A stretch of 64,000 nt of DNA, from positions 68,512,001 to 68,576,000 of the forward strand of contig NW_024704743.1 in assembly GCF_018977255.1 (NCBI RefSeq), in the 5' to 3' direction. Shown piece by piece: positions 60,616 through 64,000 of the stretch. Position 1 is the stretch's first letter, and every line of letters begins with the position of its first letter. Under the pieces are notes generated by a model. That model did not search any database, was not told the DNA's origin, and saw only the letters and a list, made by a program, of their open reading frames with translations. Source of the stretch: Callorhinchus milii (taxonomy: Eukaryota). The translations under genes and the position numbers were made by a program.

Positions 60616-62674
60616 AATAGAGAACAAGATTATAGGTGGTCAGAGCTGCAAACTAAACTTAATTTAAGACTAAGAATAACTTCTTAGTTGTAGATTCTTA
60701 CAATAGGATGCTATCTAGTGCAGTAAATAGAATATAATTTATATAATTCGAATATAGTATGGTTCACATTAGGCGGACGATTAAAAACCCTTGACAATGC
60801 TGGCTGGACCCCTGAGTTGGTGGTGGGAACCGAGCGGGGTGGGGGAGGCAAAAATAACTTATGCACAGTCAAAGAGTTGTGTTTTAAGACGTGCTTTGAG
60901 GTGTTTGAAAGGCAATGCGTGGAGAGTAGAAGGATATCAGTTTCATAGAATGTAACAATGCAGCAATGGGCCATTTGGCTTATCAAGTCTGCACAGGTGT
61001 TTTTCTCTGCATGAACTCACAATCCTACTCACTTGGTTGTTGCCCATACTTTTTATCTTTTGATATTCTTTTTCAAGCATTTATCTAATTCCCTTTAAAC
61101 ATCATTTATTTACTTCAACGGAGATTGTGACGGAGAATTCCAAGTTCCATACAGCCTCTAGGCAAAGTTTAGGCCAGGAAGAAAGAGAAAAAAACCATTA
61201 GATTAGGCAGAGTGAGGACCTGAGCAATTTAAGGGGGTTTATAGTAATTGTCAATTCATTTCTTTATCCTGGATGTGACAGCATGCAAATTTATTGCTTT
61301 GTAAATTCCAATGAACCAATGTTTGTATGGTAATTTTTAAGATGTTTTGCATTTTGCATGACCTGTCAAAAACTTGACTTGGGTGGAGTTCCAGCAACTG
61401 GTGAGTGGCTCCAAGCAGGTTTCCCAGCAGGATTGAGCAGGAAGGAGGCACTCAATGTGATCCATACCCTCACTGTAGCAGTGTGTGCTCGGGACATGAC
61501 TCAGCTGAGGTGTTTGAAACGTCATGTGCTGAATTATCTCATAGGCAGACGAGTTGAAATCCAATCCACATCTACAGGTGTGACATAGAATGTGTACCTT
61601 TGCTTATTTAATCTACGTTTACCTCAGTCATTGAATAATCACTGAGTGCATAAATGTATTTCAGACATTTTATCTGGGGGGTTGTTGGCCAAGACAGCAG
61701 AAACTCCCTTTTTTTTGGTGTAGTGCCATATGATCTTTAATGTCCACCTGAACAAGTAGACAGGAGCTTGATTTAGCCTCTCAGTTTAACTTAATTGGCG
61801 AATCAGTTAGGAGAGGCAACACATTTAAGATGATCACAAAAGAGAATAAAGGAAAGATTAGAAAACAATTCTTTACACAGATGTTTGCAATGTGGCATTT
61901 TCTGCCATCACAGGATAAAGTGTAGTAACTGCACATTTGCAGGCAAACAAAATGGAAGTTGTTGTGGAGTTCTAATAAGACACCACAGAGGTTGTTTTAG
62001 TCCCTGTATTGTTCAAGCACACCTTTTGTCTAGTCCACCACAAATACAGGCAATACTGTTTGTGGACCTCTTTAACTGATCTGTTTTCTTTAAAAAAAAC
62101 AATTAGGATTGATGGATTAGCATAGTGGGCGGATTGCAGTAGGGTGACTATTTCAAAGTAAAAACATTTAGAAGAAATTAATAGTGCTCATAACAGAGTA
62201 CTTGCATTCCCAGGTGGATGTAATTTTGAGAATAATCTATTTGAACAGACTGAATTTGGTATTTACATTCCAAAGTATACCTCCCCAAATCCTTCAAAAC
62301 ATTTCAGTTGCCAATTTACTGTAGTCCTCCCTCATGACATTTGGAGGAAATTGGCTCAGATTGAGTTGACATAGTCCTACATTTCCTGTTGAGCATTTTA
62401 AAAGCTTAGTTTTATAGGCTGAAATATATTTATCTCCAATAAACTGACAGATGGATTTTATGATTTAGTTGGTTACTGTATATCATTTTAGATTAAAAAA
62501 TTAGATAAATGACTATAAAAAATTTAGTCAATTAAAGAAAGGTGCTGAGGTTTGCATAATCTTGTCATCAAATATAGTCATTATGCTTCACAGTAACAAG
62601 CTGCGAAGCATTTTGAGGTGTCTTGAAGATGTGATAAGATGCTGTATCAAATGTTAGGATTATTATTATTTTCA

Positions 62675-62675
<1 letters not shown>

Positions 62676-62705
<30 letters not shown>

Positions 62706-63007
62706 CCTTGCATTTGATATAGCGCTTTTCACGTCGGGAGGACGTCCCAAAGCGCTTCACAGAACACACTGTAAAGTGAATTGACTGTATATTTGGGTGC
62801 GAACGCGGCAGCCAATTGCGCACAGCAATGTCCCACAAACAGTCGTAGATTGAAAATGACCAATTTATTATTGTTTTTGGTTTTGGAGGGATTATTATTA
62901 GGCGTGTGGAGTAAGGAAACTTGCCCAAGGTTTCGCCCTGCCTGGAATTGAACTCAGGTCTCTCGCTTGCAAAGCGAGTGCTCTAACCACTGAGCTACAG
63001 GACTCCA
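62676..63007 (-). mobile_element. Full-length young tRNA SINE, short form; best-preserved copy
   Basis: Head GGAGTCCTGTAGCTCAGTGGTTAGAGCACTCGCTTTGCAAGCGAG...GTTCAATTCC, CpGs retained, long (ATT)n tail. Confidence 0.95.
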
Positions 63008-63164
63008 TAGGGAATAGGGAGAATGTCCCTCACGAAAATCCAGCTCTAGCAATTCACTTGTGTGGAAACCGTTTTTTCATTGAGACAAATATGTGTGACA
63101 CAACAATGGACACCGATTCTGTTTTAAAAAATTAAATTTGATTGAAAATTGTTCAGAAAATCCA

Positions 63165-63645
63165 ATTTATTCAAAATTCTGCTGTCAATATCCTCACCCG
63201 TATGAAACTCAGCACTCTCACACCCCACTCCTTGCCAGGCTCCACTAGCTCCCAATTGGAGAATAGATCAATTTGAAGCTTCACACTACCGTACAAATCA
63301 CTTCATGCTCTTACACATTCCTACCTTTCTGACCTGCTTAATCCTCAACCCGCTACCCGTCTTTTTCGCTCAGCTGGCTCCAGCCTCTTGCACATTGATC
63401 ATCCCCTTCACTCACCACCAATGGCCGTGCCTTCTGCCCTGAGATTCTGGAACACTCTGTCTCAACCTCTTTGTCACCCTTGCCTATCTTCAGATCAAAC
63501 CTGAAGATAACTGTGCCTGAGCTCATCTCCCCTCTCTCCCTGGTTTGGCGTCCAGCTCACTGTTAAGTTAACATCTTAACATCTCACTGTTATGGACTCT
63601 GAGATGCTTCCCCGCATAAAGGGTGCTATTCAAATCCAAGTTGTT
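63165..63645 (+). mobile_element. Old L2 3' fragment
   Basis: IQNSA..IL, TPLLARLH*LP and YKSLHAL.HSYLSDLL remnants, degenerate tail. Confidence 0.8.
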
Positions 63646-64000
63646 TTTTTTAAACTAATTGACTTTAACTAATAACTGTATGTACTTATCAGCAAAAATC
63701 AGTTGAAGAAAACTTTAATGATCCATAACTGTATTGCACGCTCAATTGAAGTTTTACCACATAAACTAAAATATTGCCTGTGACGTGTCATCAGCCCTTG
63801 AAATTGTTTACTGCCCCTAAGGTACAGAGTAAGATAATTTCTGGAAAGTTAATTCTGAGCAATTTTATTTTACTCGGAAAGCTATTTTTAATGTGCATAT
63901 TGATTGCCATAATTGTTTACCATATTTACAGATGGAGTTTGAAGCGCGTATCTGCGGCATGTACCAGTTGACATAGTAAACGATATCTGGGTATAGACGT

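Noticed and set aside
62930..63007. Functional tRNA-Ala gene (also heads near 1930-2002, 16708, 47960-48032, 52119)
   Set aside because: Each head continues into a SINE body and tail, lacks a following poly-T terminator, and has an imperfect T arm.

Overview
Eukaryotic, repeat-dense vertebrate DNA, most likely a cartilaginous fish. That is an inference from the combination of SacSINE1/DeuSINE-like tRNA SINEs, L2 and CR1 LINEs and Penelope-type terminal repeats. Only one convincing host coding exon is visible: 13934-13997 (+), a Kozak ATG encoding a 21-aa signal peptide and ending in a strong phase-1 donor. I found no convincing next coding exon, so 13998-64000 appears to be one intron of >50 kb; the gene cannot be named from this exon. 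The exon sits between two unusual tandem arrays. Upstream is a ~2.2 kb, 31-bp minisatellite carrying one TTAGGG and one hairpin per unit. Downstream is a ~1.15 kb G-rich array with about 30 GTGAGT donor-like hexamers. The rest is mostly truncated or degenerate L2, CR1 and SINE copies. Points of interest among them: an L2/SINE pair whose shared 3' stem-loop shows compensatory changes, a CR1 with twin-priming-like 5' inversion geometry, a minimal hammerhead ribozyme core, a local 240-bp duplication, and an unclassified dispersed repeat. No prokaryotic features, CRISPR array or intact RNA gene were found. Most ORF-track entries are chance or repeat-derived. Boundaries of old repeats are approximate, and family names come from motif recognition, not a database search.
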